In this document: piece by piece, positions 8,772 to 17,211 of the stretch
Numbering within the stretch: position 1 is the first letter of the stretch
How the letters are laid out: each line of letters begins with the position of its first letter
Assembly: GCF_002017875.1 (NCBI RefSeq)
Contig: NZ_MUFV01000005.1
Location: 75,437 to 107,436 of the forward strand
From: Deinococcus sp. LM3
GTDB taxonomy: Bacteria; Deinococcota; Deinococci; Deinococcales; Deinococcaceae
Length of the DNA: 32,000 bases
Direction: 5' to 3'
The notes under the pieces: model-generated
Database searches by the model: none
Seen by the model: the letters and a program-made list of their open reading frames with translations, nothing else
Told to the model about the DNA's origin: nothing
Translations under genes and position numbers: made by a program

Positions 8772-8807
8772 GCCACCTATTATAATATGCATATTATAAT
8801 AGGTGGC
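8772..8807. promoter_or_regulatory. Perfect 36-bp AT-rich palindrome carrying TATAAT boxes on both strands: divergent promoter/operator
   Basis: gccacctattataatatg|catattataataggtggc, with all 18 pairs checked base by base. TATAAT at 8781..8786 and 8795..8800, and their mirror images on the minus strand. It is centred in the 119-bp gap between the XRE start (8739) and the GTG at 8859. Confidence 0.7.
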
Positions 8808-8858
8808 GTGCAGGTGTGACGAATGTTTGGGTAGATCAGGACCAGTCAGGAGGGAAGA

Positions 8859-9827
8859 GTGAAGTATTTTTGCGGCTACACCCCATGGGACTTCCCAATC
8901 GCGCAACTTGACCCCTACGCTCACATGCTCGTCTCGCCGACCACCTATTCGCCAACGTACAGGTACGACTTCCACCCGCCACAGGAGGTCATGCTCGATA
9001 GTGGCGCCTTCCATCACGGTCGGCGTAACACGCATCGTCACCGCCTGCGCACCTTGCATGATCAACTCAAAATTGCCGAACAGTACCCAGGGAGCACGGT
9101 CACTCTTGCCCACAGTGATGTGCTCTTGCGGCCAGAGGTTGATCCACGCCGGAGTATTCATGAAACCCTCGTGAATGCCGAGTGGTTCATGCGGCAGGAC
9201 CTGCCGAGTGGGTACCGACGAATGACTGTCGCTCAAGCACGCACTCCTGACGAGATGTACCTCGTGGTTTCTCAACTGGCTCAATTTGAGCCTGAATTGA
9301 TCGGTATAGGTGGTCTCGCGAATCTCCACCGTACCCACCGCAAACTCCTTCCATTTATGCTCGAAGGAGCGGTGGAGGCCGCCGGCGACCTTCCCCTCCA
9401 CGCACTCGGCGTCACTGCACAGCACATTCTCCAACGGCTACGCATCAACAACATCTACAGTTGCGACTCTGCCACTGCCATCTGGTGCGCCATCTATGGC
9501 AGCGTTGTCTATGCCCGTCCATACCGCCGTTACCGTCTGATCAGCGAGAAATCCAGCAGGCCCGAATCTCCACAGGAAACAGGCTACTACAGCAGTCTGA
9601 CTCGCCCTCTCGCCTGCACATGTCCAGTGTGCCGAACAGTTCCAGAAGAGTTACTAGGCAGTGACTCGCGCGCTAAATACGCCCGTTACATTCACAACTA
9701 CTATCACATCAAGCTTGAGATCGAGGGAGAGGGAGAATGGCAGGCAGTTTACTCATCGGCCGAATACCAGTCCGTTATGACGACCTTTCTCTCCTCCAGG
9801 AGCTCATCGAACAGCACCCAGGCATAA
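8859..9827 (+). CDS. TGT-fold (DpdA-like) transglycosylase, paralog 1
   Basis: GTG start with an AGGAGG SD 5 nt upstream. Motifs MLDSGAFHHG, IGIGGLANL, LHALGVT and YSCDSATA correspond to the two catalytic Asp regions of tRNA-guanine transglycosylases. A Zn-type CTCPVCR...HNYYH motif is also present. The last 91 nt overlap the next gene in another frame. Confidence 0.7.
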   Translation: MKYFCGYTPWDFPIAQLDPYAHMLVSPTTYSPTYRYDFHPPQEVMLDSGAFHHGRRNTHRHRLRTLHDQLKIAEQYPGSTVTLAHSDVLLRPEVDPRRSIHETLVNAEWFMRQDLPSGYRRMTVAQARTPDEMYLVVSQLAQFEPELIGIGGLANLHRTHRKLLPFMLEGAVEAAGDLPLHALGVTAQHILQRLRINNIYSCDSATAIWCAIYGSVVYARPYRRYRLISEKSSRPESPQETGYYSSLTRPLACTCPVCRTVPEELLGSDSRAKYARYIHNYYHIKLEIEGEGEWQAVYSSAEYQSVMTTFLSSRSSSNSTQA

Positions 9828-10525
9828 CGTTTAAAGCACTCAAGGAGACTTTAACGCCACACTGGACGTACTACCTGTCAAGCTCGGCCAGTCTGCTCAA
9901 AGAAACCCTGAGCTTTGGCACAACACTGGGCCTCTTCGCTTCAAGCGCTGAACGGTCATGGGATGACCGCACCTTCAGCACTCCCTATGAATCGAAGCAT
10001 CTTCGTGCCACGATTCTTCATCTCCTGTCCGCGCAATCAGACACCTCCCAGCGGGCCTTTCGTGGAGTTCATGACGAATTGATCGACCAGGGGCATGTCC
10101 ACACGGATATTTCCAGCATCCTCGAATGCATGGAGACTGGGCCCTATGGTCAGGTCTTCCGCTGGAACGATACGAAAGTCAACTTCTGGAGTCAGTTCAT
10201 GCACGACCTGGGTCTGGTCATCCGGCTTCCACCGGAACGGGTGGTCCTGAGTCCGACCAGCTCTCTCCTTCAAGAACTGCTGCCTGCACAGGGCGGCCCC
10301 GTTCGCCCGTTGTTGGAAACGTGGCACCGCGATTATTACGCCGTCTTCACGCGTCTAGGCGAGGTTCACGAAGGACTTGCACGGGCTCTCCTGCGACTGG
10401 AACAACAAGGACACATGACATTCACGTACGCGAGTGACGCCGTCGGCAGTGTGCTGTTATGCGGCCGTCGCATCAGTCACTGGACTCACGCCGCCGCCGG
10501 AGGCACCCATGTGGATTCCCTTTGA
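9737..10525 (+). CDS. Hypothetical protein (262 aa)
   Basis: ATG at 9737 preceded by a purine-rich SD (gagggagagggaga). No motif recognised. Lies in an operon between the TGT-like gene and the P-loop gene. Confidence 0.6.
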   Translation: MAGSLLIGRIPVRYDDLSLLQELIEQHPGITFKALKETLTPHWTYYLSSSASLLKETLSFGTTLGLFASSAERSWDDRTFSTPYESKHLRATILHLLSAQSDTSQRAFRGVHDELIDQGHVHTDISSILECMETGPYGQVFRWNDTKVNFWSQFMHDLGLVIRLPPERVVLSPTSSLLQELLPAQGGPVRPLLETWHRDYYAVFTRLGEVHEGLARALLRLEQQGHMTFTYASDAVGSVLLCGRRISHWTHAAAGGTHVDSL

Positions 10526-13418
10526 TCCTGCCGACGTTGCTCAGGTCTTCACCACCGAATCCCGTCAGAAGCACGAGCGAATCTTCACGCTAACACACAC
10601 AAGCATGAACCGAATTCTCGTCTCGCACAACCGCGTCGGTCTTTCCAATGGCCAGTTTGTCGGTGAGCATGCAGTACTCGATCTGATTCAACAGTCTGCT
10701 CCGCTGGATAGCAATCGCGTCTGGTTCATCGTGGGAGAAACAGGCAGTGGCAAGTCTGAACTCTGCCAGTGGTTGGAGTACCAGTTGCGTGAACGGCACC
10801 TACCCCTGCACATCTCCAGGCGGCAAGCAAATCTCACCGGCATTCTCGATGTGCTGCACACCCATTTACCGTCCGGCCTTCAGGGGCAGACGACTGACCT
10901 GCCGCAGGACGTGTTGACGGATCACCTTCGCCTGCACCTCATGCTACGCGCCCACCGGGAAGGCCGCGGCCTGGGGTACGTCGAGCAGTTGCTGCCCTTT
11001 CTCCCTGACCTCGCCCGGCGGCTCTATCAACCGCTGGCTTCGTTTGAATTGCCACCCCACCTGCCTCCTGCACCCGCAGATGTTCCTTTCACGGCCTGGT
11101 TGTTCAGCGCCGTTCGCGAAGTCTTGGGTCTCCAGTCACTCGAACCCACCCTGCGTGCACTGGCCGAACATACCGCCCAACTCGGGAAACGTCCGGTCCT
11201 TTTGCTGGAAGACATCACCACTCTCGGCTTCTTACGTGACGATCTCCTCGACTACATTTTTGATCTCTCCGCTCCAGGGTTCGACGCGGTCATCGGGCTG
11301 ACCAGCGGTTTTGAAGATACCCACCTTCACCGCGACGGAGACCTTTCAGAGATGGCGTATGTCCGTGACCGTCTCAGTGCCCGGTTCCAGTTATCGCACA
11401 AGAGTGGAGAAACGTTTTTCCTGAACCAACCTCAAGATCTCCATGATCTGGTCCGGCGCTACCTGGGCTGTCTGCCGGCTCAGTCGGGCGGATCTTCGCC
11501 CGCGTTTTCAGGCCTGTACCCGTTTTCACCCACCATGCTCGACCGTCTATACACACATCTGGTCGAAAGTGGTAACCCGCGTCAAACGCCACGGAATCTA
11601 CTCGACGCTGTTATCAAACCTTCCCTGTGTCTGAATGAACCACCCCACGTCACTCTGTTCCGGGCACACCCTTATTTGCGCACGCCCAGCGTTACCTTTT
11701 ACCATCAAGACATTCCACCGGAACTCCAAGGACTGCTGTACTGGCATGGTGAGGTCCGGGACGGAAGTGTTCACGTTCCGGACGATGTGGCGCAGGCATT
11801 CGGTTATGATTCTGTTCCTCCGGTTCCCTGTTTTCCCAATCCCACAGGATCAACGTGGCTCTTCGGAAAGACGGCGGATGATCCAACAGATCTGTGGAAA
11901 GAAGCCATCCGTGAACTGCAAGCCTGGCAATCTGCGGGTGCTCCCTTTCCCAAACGCCAGTATCTCAAGCGCGGGATTGAACGACTTCTCCGGGCCCTGC
12001 TGGATCCGCGCCCTATCCAGCATCCCCGTCTGAATGCGCTCAGCGCAGATCCTTTAGAGTACACGCGCGGAGGCGATCACCTCCCTATTTACTTACCCGA
12101 GAGCGGTGACGTGCGTCCTGAGCATTGGCCGAGCCTGCACTTCCCCCGCACTCTTCCGCCCCAACTGCTTGAAGAATGCCTCACCTATGCGTTCTCCGCC
12201 AATCGCCATGTAGAATGCTTTGCCGATCTGGGACATACGCGACAGGTTCTCGAAGATGTTGTCTCCGATTTCCGGAGTGACGTGCGCGATCAGATCGGAC
12301 GTCTCACCGGACAATCATGGTCGAGGATGGTCTTTGGTCTCTGGTGGCTCTGTCAACATGTCTGCCAGGGCCATCCCCTGCAGATGAACGGCGGGGATGG
12401 CAAACGCGCCCTTTTGCAGTATGATCTCGCCCCAAAAGAACTGCGAACGGCCTGGTCGGATGAGCGTCGCCACCGCGTGTTACACCGCACTCACCAGGAA
12501 CTTCGGGCGAATCGTGATCACTACCGGGGCTTATTTGTGAGCCTCTTCCATCACAGAGACGACCTGATGGACCCCGTGCTCTATGAACAGGAGTGCCGAC
12601 AGTTCGATCCCAGTCTGTTCATGGATACCCTGGCCACGCTTTCACTCTCACGCCTCTCGGCGGCGCCCTACCGGCAACGGGGCAGTAAGCTCTCGTTGAC
12701 GCAACTCCTCCAACCCGCCGTGGAATACGCCGCAGCCCTCAAGGCATACGTCCTTCAAGACGAAGACCGTCTCCAGTGGACGGCCGTGGAACGCAGCCTT
12801 GAACACGCCATTCAACAGGCAGATGAATTGGACCTAGCCTGCAGACGTATTGAGCGTCTGGCTCATCAGGCCGGATGGACCATCACTGCCCCGCCGACCA
12901 GTCACACGTGGCGGTCCGGCGAGTGGGCAGGTGTCCTGCGTCAGTCCCAGCAGGCCAGTCGCGACTTCAAGAACCATCCTCCGATTGTGCAGATCACGGT
13001 GGCGCGCACGTGGCGGGAACGCCTGGAACAAATAGAACCGATCCAGTGGATGAACGCTGTTAAGGTGTTCCGAGACAGCGCTGAACGCATTCACCAGGAG
13101 AGGCACCCCGTTGAACAACTGCCCACACGACAGACGCATCATTCGAGTGACGTTCACCTGAATGATCTGGAAGATCTCGCCAGTACGCTGGCGGCGGCCG
13201 CGGACGCCGCCGACACCTTGCCACAGCATGTTGCCGAGCAGACGGCCCGTTCGATCCGTCGCCTGCAGGCGACGCAGACTCAGAGCATTGAAGCCGTCCT
13301 GGGCCGTCATGGCATTCACGCACCCGTGCAGATGGCGCGGCAGTCACGGGAGGCCAGTCTGGTTCTTCTGAGTGACCTGCTGGAATGCATGGTGGACCTC
13401 ATGGACTGCCCACCGTGA
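10509..13418 (+). CDS. Large P-loop NTPase (about 970 aa) of unknown family
   Basis: ATG at 10509 with a GGAGG SD 5 nt upstream (the track ORF starts earlier, at 10434). Walker A is WFIVGETGSGKSELC and Walker B-like is PVLLLEDITTLG. It has a long helical C-terminal region. It overlaps the upstream gene by 17 nt. Confidence 0.7.
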   Translation: MWIPFDPADVAQVFTTESRQKHERIFTLTHTSMNRILVSHNRVGLSNGQFVGEHAVLDLIQQSAPLDSNRVWFIVGETGSGKSELCQWLEYQLRERHLPLHISRRQANLTGILDVLHTHLPSGLQGQTTDLPQDVLTDHLRLHLMLRAHREGRGLGYVEQLLPFLPDLARRLYQPLASFELPPHLPPAPADVPFTAWLFSAVREVLGLQSLEPTLRALAEHTAQLGKRPVLLLEDITTLGFLRDDLLDYIFDLSAPGFDAVIGLTSGFEDTHLHRDGDLSEMAYVRDRLSARFQLSHKSGETFFLNQPQDLHDLVRRYLGCLPAQSGGSSPAFSGLYPFSPTMLDRLYTHLVESGNPRQTPRNLLDAVIKPSLCLNEPPHVTLFRAHPYLRTPSVTFYHQDIPPELQGLLYWHGEVRDGSVHVPDDVAQAFGYDSVPPVPCFPNPTGSTWLFGKTADDPTDLWKEAIRELQAWQSAGAPFPKRQYLKRGIERLLRALLDPRPIQHPRLNALSADPLEYTRGGDHLPIYLPESGDVRPEHWPSLHFPRTLPPQLLEECLTYAFSANRHVECFADLGHTRQVLEDVVSDFRSDVRDQIGRLTGQSWSRMVFGLWWLCQHVCQGHPLQMNGGDGKRALLQYDLAPKELRTAWSDERRHRVLHRTHQELRANRDHYRGLFVSLFHHRDDLMDPVLYEQECRQFDPSLFMDTLATLSLSRLSAAPYRQRGSKLSLTQLLQPAVEYAAALKAYVLQDEDRLQWTAVERSLEHAIQQADELDLACRRIERLAHQAGWTITAPPTSHTWRSGEWAGVLRQSQQASRDFKNHPPIVQITVARTWRERLEQIEPIQWMNAVKVFRDSAERIHQERHPVEQLPTRQTHHSSDVHLNDLEDLASTLAAAADAADTLPQHVAEQTARSIRRLQATQTQSIEAVLGRHGIHAPVQMARQSREASLVLLSDLLECMVDLMDCPP

Positions 13419-13459
13419 GCAACACCAGGGATGGCTCAGTACGTCGAAGCTAACATTGC

Positions 13460-13486
13460 GAGGTTCCGGCAAAGCGCCGGAACCTC
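13460..13486. terminator. Hairpin between convergent operons (candidate terminator)
   Basis: gaggttccggc-aaagc-gccggaacctc, a perfect 11-bp stem. No clear U-tract on either side. A second, weaker GC hairpin with a gtttat tail follows at about 13514-13535. Confidence 0.35.
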
Positions 13487-13559
13487 TCCATTCCCGCTCC
13501 AACGTACTTTTTCTGCTGCGCGCTCCGCGCGGTTTATCTACAAGATAAACGCAGTGTAC

Positions 13560-15545
13560 TTAATTCAGGAGGCGTTCCATGGGCCGCTCCAGGTTGTCCC
13601 GTCGTTCCCGGGCAGCCTCATAGCGGTCTCGTTTAACGAGGAGGCTTTCATCGCCGGCAAGGATACGGGCCTGCACGTCCTGGAGTGCCCGGAGGTACAT
13701 GTTGATGTTATGAACGGCGCGGCCCATGTTCGCTTCGTTGCCACCGTTGTAGGGACGGCCACTCGGGTCGCGTAATGTTCCACCCTGTGCCCGGGTGTCC
13801 CACCCTTCGGCGCGCATGGCAGAGCACGCAGGACAGTGGCAGGGCGGTAACTCATCGCTTCCAGGAACGTTCTCAACAATCCGGTACTTTTTGAGGAGGT
13901 TGGGGTCTTCCGGGACGTACTGAAGGAAGGATCCGGCCGTGAAGGCAGACATATACATGCTGGAACCGTCAAAGGAGTCAACACCCAGATGTGTGAGCGT
14001 GGCAGCCCATTTGATACTGGAAACCCCCAGGACGTGAATATACAGATCCGGCACCTGGGCCCGGTACTGTAAGGCGTCTTCAACGCACCGGTAAACAAAG
14101 TACGGATCACGACTTGATTTCAGGGCGAGACTGCCCAGGGCGATGTGCCGGTACCCGAGATCCAGGTAATGCTCCATCATTTCGTGCCGTTGCTCGAAGG
14201 ACCCGTGGGTGACGGCCATGAGACGGTGCGCACCGGCGAGGGGCTTCATGGCTCTTGCGAACTGATAGGAGATTTCAATTTTTTCGCGCGCAACCTGCGG
14301 ACTGTCGAGACCGTCAAGGATCATCATATCCGGGGAGACGATAATGTCACGTCCTTCCCGGGCCCCTGCATCCTCAAACAGTTTCATGGTGCCCTCTGGC
14401 GTCAGGGGTCCGTTGCGTTTTTTCAGGATGGGGTATGGCTCTGCCTTGTAACTCCAGGCGCCGCAATCGTAGATATTGCCCTCATCAGTTTGTGGCAAGG
14501 GATCACTGTTAGGGTTGTGATACGCCAGAGAGGTCAAGTACCCCCTGGGATCCGTTTCAATAAAGTTCCAGATGCGTTCCATCTTGGGGGTTGGCAACGG
14601 CGCCCCTGCGTGATCCTGTGTCAGTTTGAGCTTGTCACGGTTGTTAATCACCACTGTGAATCGTGCCCGCGGAGGCACCGCGAGTTCATGCTGGGCTTTC
14701 GGGTAAAACGCTTCACTGCTCAAGTTCAGAGGGTTGAAGCCCAGTCCGGTGCGGTGAATGCTGGGACCTGTGGTGACCGGCATGGGAGGCACTGAAGCTT
14801 CTACCTCAGCCTCTGACATGAGCGTTGGTGCCGTGCGGGCCGCCTGCCAGGTTTCCAGATAGGTGATGGCGCTCTGAGGATCGGCGTGCCAATCGTGCAG
14901 CACTTCTGGATGTTCTGCGACGGCCCGCGCGAGTTGATGAAACAAGAAGCCTTTCAGGCCAACCATACCGTATCCGAAGCGACGTGCATCCTTATTGACC
15001 AGAGGGAGAACAGCCTGCTTGGCGGCATGCTCGGGAAGAATGGCGGCACTCCCGCCACTGGCCAGAAAAATGAAGCTTTGATCTGGACGACTCTGCAGTG
15101 GGAGAAGGGCCGACTTCAGATAATTCTCGCCGAGCAGGAAAATGACAATATCATAAGACTTTATTCTTGCATTCAGGGCCTCGTGGATGCCCAGCTGCTT
15201 ACTCCAGTCTAAGACTTCCCGGCTTTTTAATTCGTTGAAAGACGTTTCGTAGGGGGCAATAAATTTATACTGATCGATTAAGCCATAACCGGCTGAGATG
15301 ATTTCCAGCCGACTGACAACACCTTTGATCTTCGAGAGAATATCAAAAGCTCGGGAGACCTGTTGGTGCTGCGCACCCGTGTATAAGCGCTTGGCTGAAG
15401 TTCGGTACTCCGCCAACTCTTGCTCACGAGCCCGAAGGTGATCTCCTCCCTTGCGGAAATCCTCTATCACAAGTTGATTTGGCGGTTTGTATAGCTTTGC
15501 GCCCGTACAAGAACTGATGACTAACAAGCTTGGGTACTTGGGCAT
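13560..15545 (-). CDS. Fusion protein: N-terminal YaaA/DUF328- or DUF6884-like domain plus C-terminal TGT-fold (DpdA-like) domain, paralog 2
   Basis: 661 aa. The N-terminal pattern is VISSCTGAKL...AKRLYTGAQH...IISAGYGLIDQYKFIAPYETSF. The C-terminal motifs are IYDCGAWS, IALGSLALK, IHVLGVSS, GVDSFDGSSMY and CHCPACS...HNINMY. The ATG at 15545 lies 2 nt after the queC stop (15548). Confidence 0.7.
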   Translation of the reverse strand: MPKYPSLLVISSCTGAKLYKPPNQLVIEDFRKGGDHLRAREQELAEYRTSAKRLYTGAQHQQVSRAFDILSKIKGVVSRLEIISAGYGLIDQYKFIAPYETSFNELKSREVLDWSKQLGIHEALNARIKSYDIVIFLLGENYLKSALLPLQSRPDQSFIFLASGGSAAILPEHAAKQAVLPLVNKDARRFGYGMVGLKGFLFHQLARAVAEHPEVLHDWHADPQSAITYLETWQAARTAPTLMSEAEVEASVPPMPVTTGPSIHRTGLGFNPLNLSSEAFYPKAQHELAVPPRARFTVVINNRDKLKLTQDHAGAPLPTPKMERIWNFIETDPRGYLTSLAYHNPNSDPLPQTDEGNIYDCGAWSYKAEPYPILKKRNGPLTPEGTMKLFEDAGAREGRDIIVSPDMMILDGLDSPQVAREKIEISYQFARAMKPLAGAHRLMAVTHGSFEQRHEMMEHYLDLGYRHIALGSLALKSSRDPYFVYRCVEDALQYRAQVPDLYIHVLGVSSIKWAATLTHLGVDSFDGSSMYMSAFTAGSFLQYVPEDPNLLKKYRIVENVPGSDELPPCHCPACSAMRAEGWDTRAQGGTLRDPSGRPYNGGNEANMGRAVHNINMYLRALQDVQARILAGDESLLVKRDRYEAARERRDNLERPMERLLN

Positions 15546-15547
15546 AC

Positions 15548-16252
15548 TTACTCTTGTATACCGTCCTGCGCCTGGGCGTAGCGGGTGGCGAGGTCCGGGC
15601 GGCCCGCCTCGATCAGCGCCTTATCGCGGATGCGGCATGAATCGCACACCCCGCACGGCTCCTCGCCCCCCTGGTAGCAACTCCAGGTCACGTCGATCGG
15701 CACGCCCACCGCCAGCGCCTCGCGCACGATGTCCGCCTTCGTCATCTCCGCCAGCGGCGCTGTCAGTACCGCCCCGCGCCCCTCCAGGCCCGCCTTCGTC
15801 GCCAGGTCCGCCAGCGTCTGGTACGCCGAGAGATACTCCGGCCGGCAGTCCGGGTACCCGCTGTAATCCACCGCGTTGATCCCCAGGAACACCCGCTCCG
15901 CGTCGATCGCCTCGGCCAGACTCAGACCCACGGCAATAAAGACCGTGTTGCGCCCCGGCACGTACGTCGGCGGAATCACGCCGTCCTCCGTCCCGTCCGT
16001 CGGCACGGCCATCGACTCGTCCGTCAGGGCACTCCCCCCGAACGACCCGATATTGATGTCGATCACCCGGTGCACGGCTCCGAAGTGCGCCGCGACCGTC
16101 GCTGCCCGCTCCAGTTCCACCGTGTGCCGCTGCCCGTACCGGAACGACAACGCCGTACACGCATACCCGTCCCGCGTCGCCATGCCCAGCACCGTGCTCG
16201 AATCCAGCCCGCCCGACAGCAGCACCACTGCCCTCTTATTCTGATTTGTCAT
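15548..16252 (-). CDS. queC: 7-cyano-7-deazaguanine (preQ0) synthase QueC
   Basis: [14 protein letters not shown]-loop motif, YGQRH, and a C-terminal Zn cluster [18 protein letters not shown]. Confidence 0.95.
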   Translation of the reverse strand: MTNQNKRAVVLLSGGLDSSTVLGMATRDGYACTALSFRYGQRHTVELERAATVAAHFGAVHRVIDINIGSFGGSALTDESMAVPTDGTEDGVIPPTYVPGRNTVFIAVGLSLAEAIDAERVFLGINAVDYSGYPDCRPEYLSAYQTLADLATKAGLEGRGAVLTAPLAEMTKADIVREALAVGVPIDVTWSCYQGGEEPCGVCDSCRIRDKALIEAGRPDLATRYAQAQDGIQE

Positions 16253-16291
16253 GTTGATTCTCCGAGGTTAATAGTGAATGGAAGGCTCTGA

Positions 16292-16316
16292 AGGCCTCTC
16301 CCTTCGGGAGAGGCCT
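16292..16316 (-). other. Perfect 10-bp stem-loop in the queE-queC intergenic spacer
   Basis: aggcctctcc-cttcg-ggagaggcct. No U-tract follows on either strand. Confidence 0.4.
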
Positions 16317-16377
16317 GTTCTACACCTGAACAACTAAGTCCTGCCTGAGAGATCACTCTCACTGCACCAACAGCCTT

Positions 16378-17070
16378 TCAGTACCCAAGTTCCGCGTTCC
16401 CACCGAGGGGGATGAGGCGCTTGTCACTGTGCGCGTCGAGGTCGTCGGCGCGGTACAGCTTGTGCATCTGGTACCCGGCCCGCAGGCGCGGGTTCTCCTT
16501 CACCGCCTGCGTGATGCCGTTCAGCACAGTCAGATCCCGCTCGCGGGCCCGGCTCCACTCCGGGTGCAGCCAGATCACCGCCCCGTCCGGCAGGCCGGTC
16601 AGGGTGTCCAGGCCCGCCTGAATATCACCGGGTTCGTGGACGATGATCTTCACCTCGTCCGCGAGTACCACGACTTCCGGCAGCGGGGGCTGCCCGAACG
16701 GTTTGGGCGACAGCGTCACCCAGTCCAGTTCACCCCGCAGCGGTGCGATCCCGCTCGTCTCGATGTGCACCCGGCGGCCCAGCGCGTGCAGGGCGTCCGT
16801 CAGGGGCGCGAGGTCGAACAGGATCGGCTCGCCCCCCGTGACCACCACCACCGCGCCCTCTGGACTCTCGGCCCGCACCACATCGGCCAGTTCATCGGCA
16901 CTCATGAGGGTCACGCCGTCCGGGCGGTAGTCGCGGTGCCACGTGCCGGCACTGTCGCACCAGGGGCAGGCCTGCGGGCAGCCGTACAGGCGGATGAAGT
17001 ACGCCGCGCGGCCCAGGTGAACCCCCTCGCCCTGCCAGGTGTAGAACCGCTCGTACACCGGGTACTTCAT
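16378..17070 (-). CDS. queE: 7-carboxy-7-deazaguanine synthase QueE (radical SAM)
   Basis: N-terminus YERFYTWQGEGVHLGRAAYFIRLYGCPQACPWCDS (CX14CX2C-type cluster motif). Typical QueE length (230 aa). Confidence 0.9.
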   Translation of the reverse strand: MKYPVYERFYTWQGEGVHLGRAAYFIRLYGCPQACPWCDSAGTWHRDYRPDGVTLMSADELADVVRAESPEGAVVVVTGGEPILFDLAPLTDALHALGRRVHIETSGIAPLRGELDWVTLSPKPFGQPPLPEVVVLADEVKIIVHEPGDIQAGLDTLTGLPDGAVIWLHPEWSRARERDLTVLNGITQAVKENPRLRAGYQMHKLYRADDLDAHSDKRLIPLGGNAELGY

Positions 17071-17211
17071 TGTTGCTCCGCTGGAATGGTTCGCCAGAAC
17101 CGTTCCAGTCGAGCGGATGTGAGAAGGAGCCCAGCGGATTCCGGGCGTGGAATTTGGACCTCGATGGGGTGCCGAGGTGCAAATGGAACAGACGGAATCC
17201 GGTTCACGCCC

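Noticed and set aside
8745-9434. 229-aa minus-strand ORF opposite the first TGT-like gene
   Set aside because: It would have to be transcribed through the palindromic operator and the XRE promoter. The plus-strand frame carries the full set of TGT motifs and a strong SD.
13431-13775. 114-aa plus-strand ORF in the convergent gap
   Set aside because: It begins in the terminator-like spacer and then runs antisense into the 3' end of the fusion gene. No SD or motif.
14145-14795. 216-aa plus-strand ORF, and the 181-aa minus-strand alternative frame at 13565..14110
   Set aside because: Both lie inside the 661-aa fusion gene, whose frame carries the TGT motifs. Neither has independent support.
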